The translations under genes and the position numbers were made by a program. Under the pieces are notes generated by a model. That model worked only from the letters and a program-made list of their open reading frames with translations. It was not told the origin of the DNA and searched no databases. A DNA stretch of 37,897 bases, taken from Promethearchaeota archaeon (lineage in GTDB: Archaea; Asgardarchaeota; Lokiarchaeia; Sigyniarchaeales; SOKP01). Within the stretch, counting starts at the first letter, position 1; each line of letters starts with the position of its first letter. The stretch is from the NCBI GenBank assembly GCA_016930515.1, contig JAFGGO010000166.1, positions 1 through 37,897 of the forward strand, written 5' to 3'. Shown here one piece after another: positions 29,341-37,728 of the stretch.

Positions 29341-29449
29341 CTTGTTTCACGTTTTATATGGAAATAATTGAATTTATTCTTTTTGCACGAATCCTTTGAG
29401 ATTTTTCCGGAAAAGAACCTCTTTACCTCGATTTTAAAATAGTAAGGAG

Positions 29450-29810
29450 ATGTCGCTCCAGGAGACCGCGAGCAACGCCCCGCAAGGCGTCAAGACGATG
29501 CTCTCGGGAAACGCCGACACGCAATCGCAATCTCGCGCTCCAGTGGCAGAAGCGTTTAACAACGCGTACGCCTAGCACCAGGAAACTATGGAACAAGCAA
29601 ATCGCGATACTGTAATAAATTCAATTCAAGACCCAAAAACTTGTGCATTGATAGACGAATTAATGAATTCCGATTTCGATTCTATTGACACAACGCTCTT
29701 TGCGAATTTGAAAAAAACCAATCTGAAGTTGACGAACGCAAACGCGCTTCAACGCAATAACAAGATAGAAAACCTAATTAGGGACCTGACACGAAGCTCA
29801 ATCAAGACCG
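29450..29810 (+). pseudogene. Fragment of an unknown gene with an internal TAG
   Basis: AGGAG-ATG at 29450 is in frame with ORF 29588. TAG at 29573-29575. The fragment runs into the antisense of an EamA fragment. Confidence 0.35.
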
Positions 29811-30052
29811 CCTTGAGCCCCGTGTTCTGCCGTTCTTTCAGGATGATCTACGAATAAGTGGCGATCCAAGCGGGATAGGTCGTGTAAATGGTTGCTCCTA
29901 TGTTGGCTTGCGTGTTTTCGATGCCAACAAAATAGACGATGTTCGAAAGGCCCCATGCGCACGAGCTTCCCAAGAGCAAGAGCGCCCAATTGTTTTTTAT
30001 CATTGGAAACACGCCCTTCAAGTCCTTCATGAACAGTAATACGACGAGCAAA
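29808..30052 (-). pseudogene. EamA/DMT transporter internal fragment
   Basis: LLVVLLFMKDLKGVFPMIKNNWALLLLGSSCAWGLSNIVYFVGIENTQANIGATIYTTYPAWIATYS*IILKERQN matches about aa 55-135 of the intact copy. Confidence 0.85.
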
Positions 30053-30433
30053 GAGCTATTACTATACGGCTTGAACATCAAGACCCTGCCCGAATCCATC
30101 GATAACATGAAATCGCTCAAGATACTCTATTTAAACGACAACTACCTCTTGAATTCGCTTCCCGAGTCTATTAGTAAGTTAACATCGCTCCGAGAATTAA
30201 ATGTAGCAAATAATCAACTTGAATTTCTCCCAGAATCGGTAGGTGAACTTATATGGCTCGAAACATTAGATTTACGCAATAATCACTTAACAACACTCCC
30301 TGAGCCCTTACTTGATATGGATTTATTACAGGAAATAACAATTGAAGGAAACAAATTTAATTCCAATGGAGAACGTGTTTTACTGCAGTTACAAAAGAAT
30401 GGAGTTAGGGGTTATTGGAAACAATTTCATTGA
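30050..30433 (+). pseudogene. 5'-truncated LRR gene (C-terminal part), fused to antisense EamA sequence in ORF 29939-30433
   Basis: LPESIDNMKSLKILYLNDN, LPESISKLTSLRELNVANNQLEFLPESV repeats start abruptly at about 30050. Confidence 0.75.
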
Positions 30434-30489
30434 TTACAATAGTCATAATTTTTATCGTGTTTGGATTTTTTATTAACCACTTGTTAATA

Positions 30490-30629
30490 AATCCGTCCCT
30501 TCCAAAAGTTCACTCAAGATTCTCGGATTTAAACATGTTTATTTTAATATTTAACAACAATTCTTCGTCAAATCCTGTTTTTGAAACTTTGCTAGTCACG
30601 AAATCCGCCAAACCCATTTAAATAGGATT
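30490..30629 (+). promoter_or_regulatory. Conserved upstream module, copy A (diverged)
   Basis: GTCACGAAATCCGCCAAACCCATTTAAATAGGAT from 30595, with patchy similarity further upstream. Confidence 0.65.
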
Positions 30630-30886
30630 TTTCATTCATTGGCTTAGGAAATAAGAGATTGCGTTTTCATGGGAATTTTTAATCCATTTCATCCAAGATA
30701 AACTAAAATTGCAAATTATTAATTATTGATCGTGATCTTAACTCAAAAGATTGCATTTAATTCATTTAACAATTTACATTATTTATAAAAAGCAGTAAAA
30801 CGCGAGTTTAAATTAATAGATTCGTAGTTATTGTCCTCATTTAATTCACACAATATACACGCACTGCTATAGAGTTGAAAAAATAA

Positions 30887-32818
30887 ATGATATGTGTTAT
30901 CAAGCAGGTCAAGAAAAAGAAAACCCTAATAAGTCTCCTCGTGATTATAATGGGATTGTTGTTTATTTCAACGAGTAAAAATTATCTGTCCACATGCAAT
31001 TTAATGCAAGAGGAGAATTTTTCAACCAAGATAATTACAGCTAATCCACCAAGCGTGAATATCACAAACATACACGAGGGTGACCAGTTTGAAGCGCCAT
31101 ATCCCGTCATAATTAACGTGACTATCGAAGACGACGATACGAGCGTTTCTGAAGCGAAAGCGTTAATAAATAGCCCTTCAATGTCGCTAAACTTTACCAT
31201 GGAAGAAAGCATGGGAACATGGTCTGCCTCGTGGGACAACATCAGCAAATACGAATTAGGAACATATACAATCACCATCTGGGCCTCTGACGAAAACGAT
31301 GAGATAAACCAAACCCAGTCTGTCAATATCGAACTAATTGACACGACTAACCCGTATTCAAACGACCTGACTCTTGAGGAACCGTTTAGAACTTTTTCTT
31401 ATGATCTTGACTGGATTCTTTACGATAATTACGAAGCAGGAGGTGAATATAGAGTTTGGTGTAGCGATTTCCAGGGAAGCACCTCAATGGTAAGAGATTG
31501 GACGCCTTGGTCAAATGGAACTAATTTAAGGGTCGAAATTGACACAGCAATCCCTGGAATTTTCAATTACTCGATTGAATATCGCGACGGTGCGAATTTA
31601 TACGGAATATCAGATTCAGTCATCGTTAACGTTTCTGAATACATTTATCTTTCTTCTGATTATAATCCCACTATAATCGATCTCAGCACGGAGTCGGGAA
31701 TCTCACTAATAGTTAACGTGAGTTCAGACGCAGTCCTGAAAATAGACGAACAATCCGATCCTTTTTCACACATAAGTAAAGTTAATAACGGTGATAATTT
31801 CGTACGATACTATCATATTAGGATATTTAATTGGACTCGCGAAGAAACCAGCGAAATGCTCGAAAGTGCTGTCGTGAGGTTTTATTACGAACCAAATCAA
31901 ATAAAAATGCTCGATAATTTGCGAGTCTATCGTTTTGATGGGATCGACGATATGTGGACAAATATCGACTACGAAATAAATATTGCCGGTAATTACGTGG
32001 AATTCACGACAACCGATTTTCCATATTTTGCCTTTTTCGAACTCGAAGAAACGAGCGTGGGAATCAACCCTTTCGGTTCAATTGATCCATTTTCATTTTT
32101 AATCGTTGTCTTATTAAGCACGGTAGGAATATCAGCAGTATCGAGTTATGTGATTATTTCGAGAAAAAACAAGAAAAAAGGGACCACGAGCGATCTCAAG
32201 CGAAAAAAGTATTTAAAATCCACGCAAAGCCAAATCCTCAAGGCAGCAACCACGATCAAAAAGAAAAAAGTTAGTGCAATAAAAGCACCCTTGAAGGAAC
32301 CAAGTTTAACTGAAGTTAAAACAACAACTAAGGAAGTAATCGTCCAAGAAAGAGCAGATATTTGCCAAGTGCATCGCGGTCCCATAAAAGGACTTATCTT
32401 TTCTTGTCCCAAGTGTAGTTGCAAATATTGCGTCGAATGTGCATTGAACTTGGAAGAAAAAAACGAGGGGTGTTGGTCCTGCAACGAGCCTCTGGAAGTA
32501 AAAAAGAGCCTCCCCATATTAAAAGAGGTTCCACGTGGAGAGCTAAGCGTTCAGGACGTCTTAAACGCAAGCATTGACGATACCATTCCAAAAAAGGCGA
32601 GCTTTATAGATATATTACCTACCATAGAATCGTCTCTCACCGTTGTTTCAAAGGATTTCCTTGAAAGGATTGACCAAATACCTTGGCGAGACGATCTCGA
32701 AAAGGAAAGCTTTATCAAGGAGATGCTCTCTTATACCCCAGAAGAGCAAGAAGACTTTATTAACGAAATGCTAGGAGATACACTAGATTTAACTCAAGGA
32801 CGCGAGACGGGTGAATAA
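30887..32818 (+). CDS. Single-pass receptor-like protein: signal/TM, Ig-like ectodomains, TM, basic linker, RING-like Zn finger, acidic helical tail
   Basis: GTYTITIWASD and GIFNYSIEYRD Ig-like strands. TM FLIVVLLSTVGISAVSSYVII. C-x2-H-x10-C-x2-C-x4-C-x2-C-x10-C-x2-C finger. Confidence 0.75.
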   Translation: MICVIKQVKKKKTLISLLVIIMGLLFISTSKNYLSTCNLMQEENFSTKIITANPPSVNITNIHEGDQFEAPYPVIINVTIEDDDTSVSEAKALINSPSMSLNFTMEESMGTWSASWDNISKYELGTYTITIWASDENDEINQTQSVNIELIDTTNPYSNDLTLEEPFRTFSYDLDWILYDNYEAGGEYRVWCSDFQGSTSMVRDWTPWSNGTNLRVEIDTAIPGIFNYSIEYRDGANLYGISDSVIVNVSEYIYLSSDYNPTIIDLSTESGISLIVNVSSDAVLKIDEQSDPFSHISKVNNGDNFVRYYHIRIFNWTREETSEMLESAVVRFYYEPNQIKMLDNLRVYRFDGIDDMWTNIDYEINIAGNYVEFTTTDFPYFAFFELEETSVGINPFGSIDPFSFLIVVLLSTVGISAVSSYVIISRKNKKKGTTSDLKRKKYLKSTQSQILKAATTIKKKKVSAIKAPLKEPSLTEVKTTTKEVIVQERADICQVHRGPIKGLIFSCPKCSCKYCVECALNLEEKNEGCWSCNEPLEVKKSLPILKEVPRGELSVQDVLNASIDDTIPKKASFIDILPTIESSLTVVSKDFLERIDQIPWRDDLEKESFIKEMLSYTPEEQEDFINEMLGDTLDLTQGRETGE

Positions 32819-32823
32819 CGAGA

Positions 32824-33480
32824 TTGTCGAAGGTGATTCTTGACCAGGAGCAATTTGTTTACGAAATCGTTCGAGATTACGTGAATAACAATAGGGCGTT
32901 TGAAATTAGAAAAATCTTGCCAATCGCAATGTCGCAATTCGCCAAGAATTCGATCGATATTAACCAAAACGGAATTGAGAAAATTCTTCTTGCGCTTGTC
33001 AAAAAAAGGCTCATTGTTGAGGGATCAACCTTAATAAGAAGCGAAATTTTAGAAAACGAAACTCGCCAAGAGATTTATAGCTATATCTGCGATAATCCAG
33101 GAAAATACATTACTCAATTAGAAAACGAGCTAGATTTAGGCCGACACTCGGTTGTTTGGCACCTTAAAACCTTGCTTAATTTTAATTTTATCGAAAAACA
33201 GGAGTTCGATAACCACGAGTTGTATTACAAGTCGGGTCTTGATTTTTCGTTTGTGAAGATCAATTATTTAACCTTTAAAAATGGAAAGATCTTGAATTAT
33301 CTCAGAGAAAACAACATCGGTCTCTCAAAAACTCGATTATCGAGAGACCTTAACATGAGCATGACCACAATGGACAAGAACCTCAAATATTTGATTGAAA
33401 ACGACATTGTTCGTATGGAATATATTGATAATACTTACCTTTATTTCTTGAACAACAAGACTTTTTCGGACAAGAATTAA
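32824..33480 (+). CDS. Double winged-helix transcriptional regulator (ArsR-like HTH)
   Basis: NETRQEIYSYICDNPG...LENELDLGRHSVVWHLKTL and KILNYLREN..GLSKTRLSRDLNMSMTTMDKNLKYL. 5 bp after the receptor stop, with a GGTGA RBS. Confidence 0.85.
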   Translation: MSKVILDQEQFVYEIVRDYVNNNRAFEIRKILPIAMSQFAKNSIDINQNGIEKILLALVKKRLIVEGSTLIRSEILENETRQEIYSYICDNPGKYITQLENELDLGRHSVVWHLKTLLNFNFIEKQEFDNHELYYKSGLDFSFVKINYLTFKNGKILNYLRENNIGLSKTRLSRDLNMSMTTMDKNLKYLIENDIVRMEYIDNTYLYFLNNKTFSDKN

Positions 33481-33625
33481 TTTTGTCAAAATTACACATT
33501 TCCGTTAAAAATCGGAAACTGGACATTACCTTTTATCTTTCTTGAGTAATGTGCAATAATATTTGAAATTACTTGAATTTTATATAGTCAATTTCAATTC
33601 TTAATTTCAACTCATTCTATTTTAT

Positions 33626-33772
33626 CATTTTTCATTATCACATCTTTTTATCGGATTGAACGAAATCACATCATTTAAAATGCGTTCTAGAAAGCATTGT
33701 TTCAATTCTTTACAAAACAAGGGTTTTGAGAGTTATATAGTCACGAAATCCGCCAAAGCCTTTTTTATAGGA
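33626..33772 (+). promoter_or_regulatory. Conserved upstream module, copy B
   Basis: Collinear with the reverse complement of 37729-37880. Ends in GTCACGAAATCCGCCAAAGCCTTTTTTATAGGA, about 60 bp before ATG 33830. Confidence 0.8.
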
Positions 33773-33829
33773 CTGTGGTCTTTGAATATTTACTATTACA
33801 TTAAATCATATAAAAATATAGGTGAAAAA

Positions 33830-34894
33830 ATGACAAGTAGAAAAGGAATGGCTTTATCTGTCATGACAATAATTATTGCCTGCTCAGGAACTGTTTTAGG
33901 TGCGTACGCTGTTTTATCTCTCGGAGTAATAGAAGGGGATTCAGGAGAAAGTGGCACTCAAGGAAACTATCCCGCCATTTATTGCGCCTCTGGGGCAGAG
34001 GTACAGGAAGCTATCGATTCAATTGGTTTAACTAAAGGATTAATCGTGATTACTCAAGATTTCTCAGTTAGCGAGCCAATTAATATTGATGGCGGAGGGG
34101 AGTACATCATCCAAGGAGCAGAAATGGCGTTAATAACAATAGATGGCGATTTTAGCGCATTTAACATATCCCGAGCATTATCGTGCGTTATCAAGCAATT
34201 AACCCTTGATGGGTCAGCAATAACTTCAGATGATGTCCCGATGATAAGTGTCAATGAACGCGATAACAATCCCGTGCACATTGAAAACATTCAATTTATT
34301 GGAGGCGTGAGTAATGACGAAGCTCGTGGTGTTTATGTTAATAGCGACCATGTTTGGGTAGAAGACTCCTCCTTTGCAAACCTTTATCAAGGAATATGCA
34401 GTGAGGATGCTTATTATTGTCACATCCTTGATAATTATTTCAACGAGATTAAATATAGCGCAATTTTTGGTACGGGTTTTAGCAGAAATGTTTTGCAAGG
34501 GAACATAATGTTTAATGTTAGACGTGGAATTCGCTTATATGACTACTCTAACAGCAATTCTATTATAAGTAACATAATTCGGAATTTTACTCAATATGGA
34601 GTGTTAATTTCGTATTGTTATTTGAATTCAATAGTTGGAAATTCGTTAAATAATGATTTGGGAAAACTTGAAAGCAATAAATACGGGATATATATTGGTA
34701 ATTCTGAAAAAACCGCGATTACTGGAAATACTGTTAATTATGTACAAGCGGACGCTCCCGGAACGGGCTATGGATTTTACATGCTAGATTCTGACTATAA
34801 TACCGTGGTTGGCAATGTCTTTACTCTTAATGATGTACCATTGTATAACGCTAGTTCTTATTACAATGAAATTGATCTCAATGTAATTTCTTAA
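33830..34894 (+). CDS. Membrane-anchored parallel beta-helix (NosD/pectin-lyase fold) protein
   Basis: Start moved to ATG 33830 after GGTGA. N-terminal TM, short GxxGxxGxxG linker, VQEAIDS motif, GIxL..N repeats. Confidence 0.8.
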   Translation: MTSRKGMALSVMTIIIACSGTVLGAYAVLSLGVIEGDSGESGTQGNYPAIYCASGAEVQEAIDSIGLTKGLIVITQDFSVSEPINIDGGGEYIIQGAEMALITIDGDFSAFNISRALSCVIKQLTLDGSAITSDDVPMISVNERDNNPVHIENIQFIGGVSNDEARGVYVNSDHVWVEDSSFANLYQGICSEDAYYCHILDNYFNEIKYSAIFGTGFSRNVLQGNIMFNVRRGIRLYDYSNSNSIISNIIRNFTQYGVLISYCYLNSIVGNSLNNDLGKLESNKYGIYIGNSEKTAITGNTVNYVQADAPGTGYGFYMLDSDYNTVVGNVFTLNDVPLYNASSYYNEIDLNVIS

Positions 34895-34933
34895 TTTTTT
34901 TATTATACTACCACTTTTTTTTTATTTCTAATT

Positions 34934-34970
34934 ATATGGTCGCTGAAACCGCCAAAACTATTTAAATTGG
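34934..34970 (+). promoter_or_regulatory. Conserved upstream module, copy D (core only)
   Basis: ATATGGTCGCTGAAACCGCCAAAACTATTTAAATTGG versus ATATGGTCACGAAAACCGCCAAACCCATTTATATAGG. Confidence 0.55.
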
Positions 34971-35151
34971 AATGAAATTTAACAATAAATCTTCTTTAAT
35001 GCATTTTGTATTAAGTATCGTTCTGAATTTCCACAAAAAGGACCTTTTCAAATTTGATTAGTCTATTTTTTCACCAGATCCCTTTAAATTGCTAATCAAG
35101 TAATTGAAGTATAAAATTTAAAAAAATTAACATGAAAAAGGTGATGATAAA

Positions 35152-35361
35152 ATAGTAACTTGTAGAGAATGCAGTAATGAGGCTAACATAGTGTGCATAA
35201 GGTGTAATGAGGCGGTATGCAGGGTCCATGCTACTCCAGTAAGGGCAAGTTTTATGTGCATGCGATGTTTAAAAAGGCGATTTGGATTATATGGCATTAT
35301 TATTGCAATGATACCAATTATAGTAGTTATAATAGCTATTTTTGTGCTTATACCATTATAA
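35152..35361 (+). CDS. B-box-like Zn-finger microprotein with a C-terminal TM anchor (69 aa)
   Basis: IVTCRECSNEANIVCIRCNEAVCRVHATPVRASFMCMRCLKRRFGLYGIIIAMIPIIVVIIAIFVLIPL*. GGTGA 7 nt before ATA. Absent from the ORF track. Confidence 0.75.
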   Translation: MVTCRECSNEANIVCIRCNEAVCRVHATPVRASFMCMRCLKRRFGLYGIIIAMIPIIVVIIAIFVLIPL

Positions 35362-35609
35362 ATATAGTTTAATAAACTTTTTAAATTGAAATCTTCACGA
35401 AAAGGTGATTACATCATATAAGGAGCGGGAATGATTACAATTTCAATTGGAGAGGATTTGAGACAACAATATTTACACCTAAACTTTTTTTTTCTTTCAA
35501 CATAATTTCTCAAAAATAGTGCTTATTTTTTTTTCTTTTTAAACGATCGATCTTCATAATTGGGATCATTGGAATTACTGGATTAATTTCAATACTCCGC
35601 AGAAAACAT

Positions 35610-36215
35610 CTACAAAAATAAGTTATTTTTTCCTAATTTTTTTTTATTTTTTAGTAATTGGTTATTACTTAAATATAATCCTTCGAGTGATGATAAATTA
35701 CAAATGGATTGTGGAAGAGTTGTTAATTGATTATCCATTATTCTTAACTCTTTAAGAGAGGATAGGTTTCTAATTGATTCGGGAAGATTCGTTAATTTAT
35801 TCTCGTTCAAATCTAAATATTGTAGTGATTTTAAATTACCGAATGATTCAGGAAGTGATGTTAAATTATTCTTTTCTAAATTCAAATCATAGAGAGATGA
35901 TAAATAACAAAGAAATTCGGGAACAATAGTTAATTGATTATCTGTTAGATTTAAAATCTTGAGCGAATTAAGTTGCTTTAATGTCTCAGGAAATATCTCC
36001 AATTTATTTCTATCTAAATCGATTCTACAAAGTGATGTTAAGTTTCTTAAGGATTTTGGTAGGTTTGTTAATTTATTTTCGCATAAATATAATTCTAAAA
36101 GTGAGGTAATTTTACAGATGGATTCGGGAAGAACAGAGAACTTGTTCTTGCTTAAATCCAAGTATTCGAGCGCTGTGAGGTTAGAAAAGGAATGTGGAAG
36201 AGTTGTTAATTGATT
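35610..36215 (-). pseudogene. Internal LRR gene fragment (about 8 repeats of 23 aa)
   Basis: Repeats continue upstream of the listed start (NQLTTLPHSFSNLTALEYLDL) and stop at 36216. The 3' end decays into poly-A. Confidence 0.8.
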
Positions 36216-36268
36216 AATTCGTTAGAAAGACGTGATATTTGCAAGAATGAAGTGTCATTACTATTAAA
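36216..36268 (-). repeat. 53-bp exact direct repeat of 37845-37897 (distal part of the conserved module, copy E)
   Basis: AATTCGTTAGAAAGACGTGATATTTGCAAGAATGAAGTGTCATTACTATTAAA occurs at both sites. Confidence 0.95.
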
Positions 36269-36315
36269 CGAAATGACATTCGTTTTAGTAAAAAAAGAAA
36301 TAAAAAAAATAGGAG

Positions 36316-37695
36316 TTAAAGATATGTTCTATCCCCTAGCGAATAGAATGATTCCCAATACATTGGAAGATCGTCATACTTTGATAGCATTTCTTGAGGT
36401 GCCCACCTCCAAGCGTTTTCCGCTGACATATCGTTGTTGTCTCGAGCGTAAACAAACGCTTCTTTCATGGAAATCATGTGATTCTGCCACACATCCGGAC
36501 TATTTCCCGTGAATCGCCCTGGCTCGTATTCTGCCGAGAGATCCCTTAGCGAAGTGGGACTTAGGGGCTTTAGCGCGTCAATAAGGCGTTGAGAGAATCC
36601 TCTATCGTTCCATGTATGACCGTCCCTGTTATCCTGACTAGTCATGACTATTATTCTCTTTTCTGGATCGTCCGCCAAGTCGTTCAGATTAGGCCTGTCA
36701 TCAGAGTCGCCTGGAAGTGGTTCCAGACCAGTACTGGGGCCCAAAACGCTCCCACCTTGATCTTGCACGATCGATGGATCGAGAAATCCCCCTGAATGGC
36801 AGCAATCAATGCAAAACGTGAGTTGTGCGCAAGAGTACTCCGAAAATAGCGTATAAAGCTCGAAATCGTATAAATATCCTCCTTCCATGAGGGAAAATCC
36901 CGAGCACTGTATTCCAGGTCCACCATGCCCACTATAATAGAAAAAGACCGAATCGTCTGAAGTAACCACTTGGCTCAACATTGCGAGGGCCCAAATGACG
37001 GTGTTTCTGCTTGAAGGACCATCGATCATGTCGCGATGCGTTTCAATGGACTCCTCACTAATGTATTGCAACTGGTCATCCCTTATGAATTCACCAGTAG
37101 GTGGTCCTCCATCTCCGTAGAGCACGATGACGTTCTCCTTTTTATAACCATAGTCCTCTATTAACAAGTCGTACATGTCGCATAAATCAAGCCAAAACCA
37201 CGCTAAATCGGGATTTCCCCCTAATAGAACGGCGTATCTCTCGTTGGGATAGATAGATTCCTGCCATCCACCTTCAAAATTGGCGATTACCTCGTACCCG
37301 TCGTACATTCCATCAAAGTCCGTGTCTGGAAAAAGCGGGTTGGTGCAAAAGAAGTATTCTTGCTCGCCAACCAATCCGTCGCGATCGAAATCGCTAGCCC
37401 GAAACTCTGGATAGGTTAATGCAATGCTTGCCAAGTACCACCAATCAGAAATTTGGGGATACAAAAAAGGAATCTCCCACCACGTGAGGGAAGGGCTCAA
37501 TACGGGCTCGTCTTCTATAATTTCAGTCTGATTGGTTTGAATGGGCCTCATTGAAACGACCGTCCCGCACGCTATTGCCGCGATCAACACGGCGCTCACG
37601 AGAGCGATCTTTACTTTCTTGTTTTTTCGCAATAAATTCACTTTTAAATTCACCAAAACTCGGTCAACTCTTGGTTTTACAAAAAGCAAAACCAA
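36316..37695 (-). CDS. Secreted caspase/legumain-fold (clan CD, C13-like) cysteine peptidase with Ca-binding DxDxDG repeats
   Basis: RYAVLLGG, FFYYSGHGG (His), IDCCHSGGF (Cys), DFDRDG and DTDFDGMYDGYE, N-terminal TM. True start probably a GTG slightly downstream of 37695. Confidence 0.8.
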   Translation of the reverse strand: MVLLFVKPRVDRVLVNLKVNLLRKNKKVKIALVSAVLIAAIACGTVVSMRPIQTNQTEIIEDEPVLSPSLTWWEIPFLYPQISDWWYLASIALTYPEFRASDFDRDGLVGEQEYFFCTNPLFPDTDFDGMYDGYEVIANFEGGWQESIYPNERYAVLLGGNPDLAWFWLDLCDMYDLLIEDYGYKKENVIVLYGDGGPPTGEFIRDDQLQYISEESIETHRDMIDGPSSRNTVIWALAMLSQVVTSDDSVFFYYSGHGGPGIQCSGFSLMEGGYLYDFELYTLFSEYSCAQLTFCIDCCHSGGFLDPSIVQDQGGSVLGPSTGLEPLPGDSDDRPNLNDLADDPEKRIIVMTSQDNRDGHTWNDRGFSQRLIDALKPLSPTSLRDLSAEYEPGRFTGNSPDVWQNHMISMKEAFVYARDNNDMSAENAWRWAPQEMLSKYDDLPMYWESFYSLGDRTYL

Positions 37696-37728
37696 GAGTT
37701 GACGCTTGTTAGGTTAATCGAAAAGGGG

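Noticed and set aside
28286-29371. Antisense ORFs 28286-28732, 28977-29204 and 29102-29371
   Set aside because: Shadows of the TA genes on the opposite strand.
33690-33730. GTTTCAATTC / GAATTGAAAC resembles a CRISPR repeat end (also at 37794-37803)
   Set aside because: Only isolated copies kilobases apart, with no repeat-spacer periodicity and no cas genes.
33656-33829. N-terminal extension of ORF 33656-34894, and ORF 30415-30621, both containing VTKSAK
   Set aside because: The shared peptide is a translation of the non-coding module. The real start is ATG 33830 with a GGTGA RBS.
35431-35505. 24-aa ORF MITISIGEDLRQQ... after GGAG, RHH-like start
   Set aside because: Too short and runs into poly-T. 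At best a remnant.
35710-36216. 24-bp identical repeat TGTGGAAGAGTTGTTAATTGATTA at 35710 and 36193
   Set aside because: Explained by LRR coding repeats (NQLTTLP). No adenine-specific TR/VR pattern and no reverse transcriptase, so not a DGR.
36216-36290. Integron attC-like site (GTTAGAA core plus hairpin)
   Set aside because: No complementary RYYYAAC/GTTRRRY pair encloses the hairpin, and no integrase is in the window.
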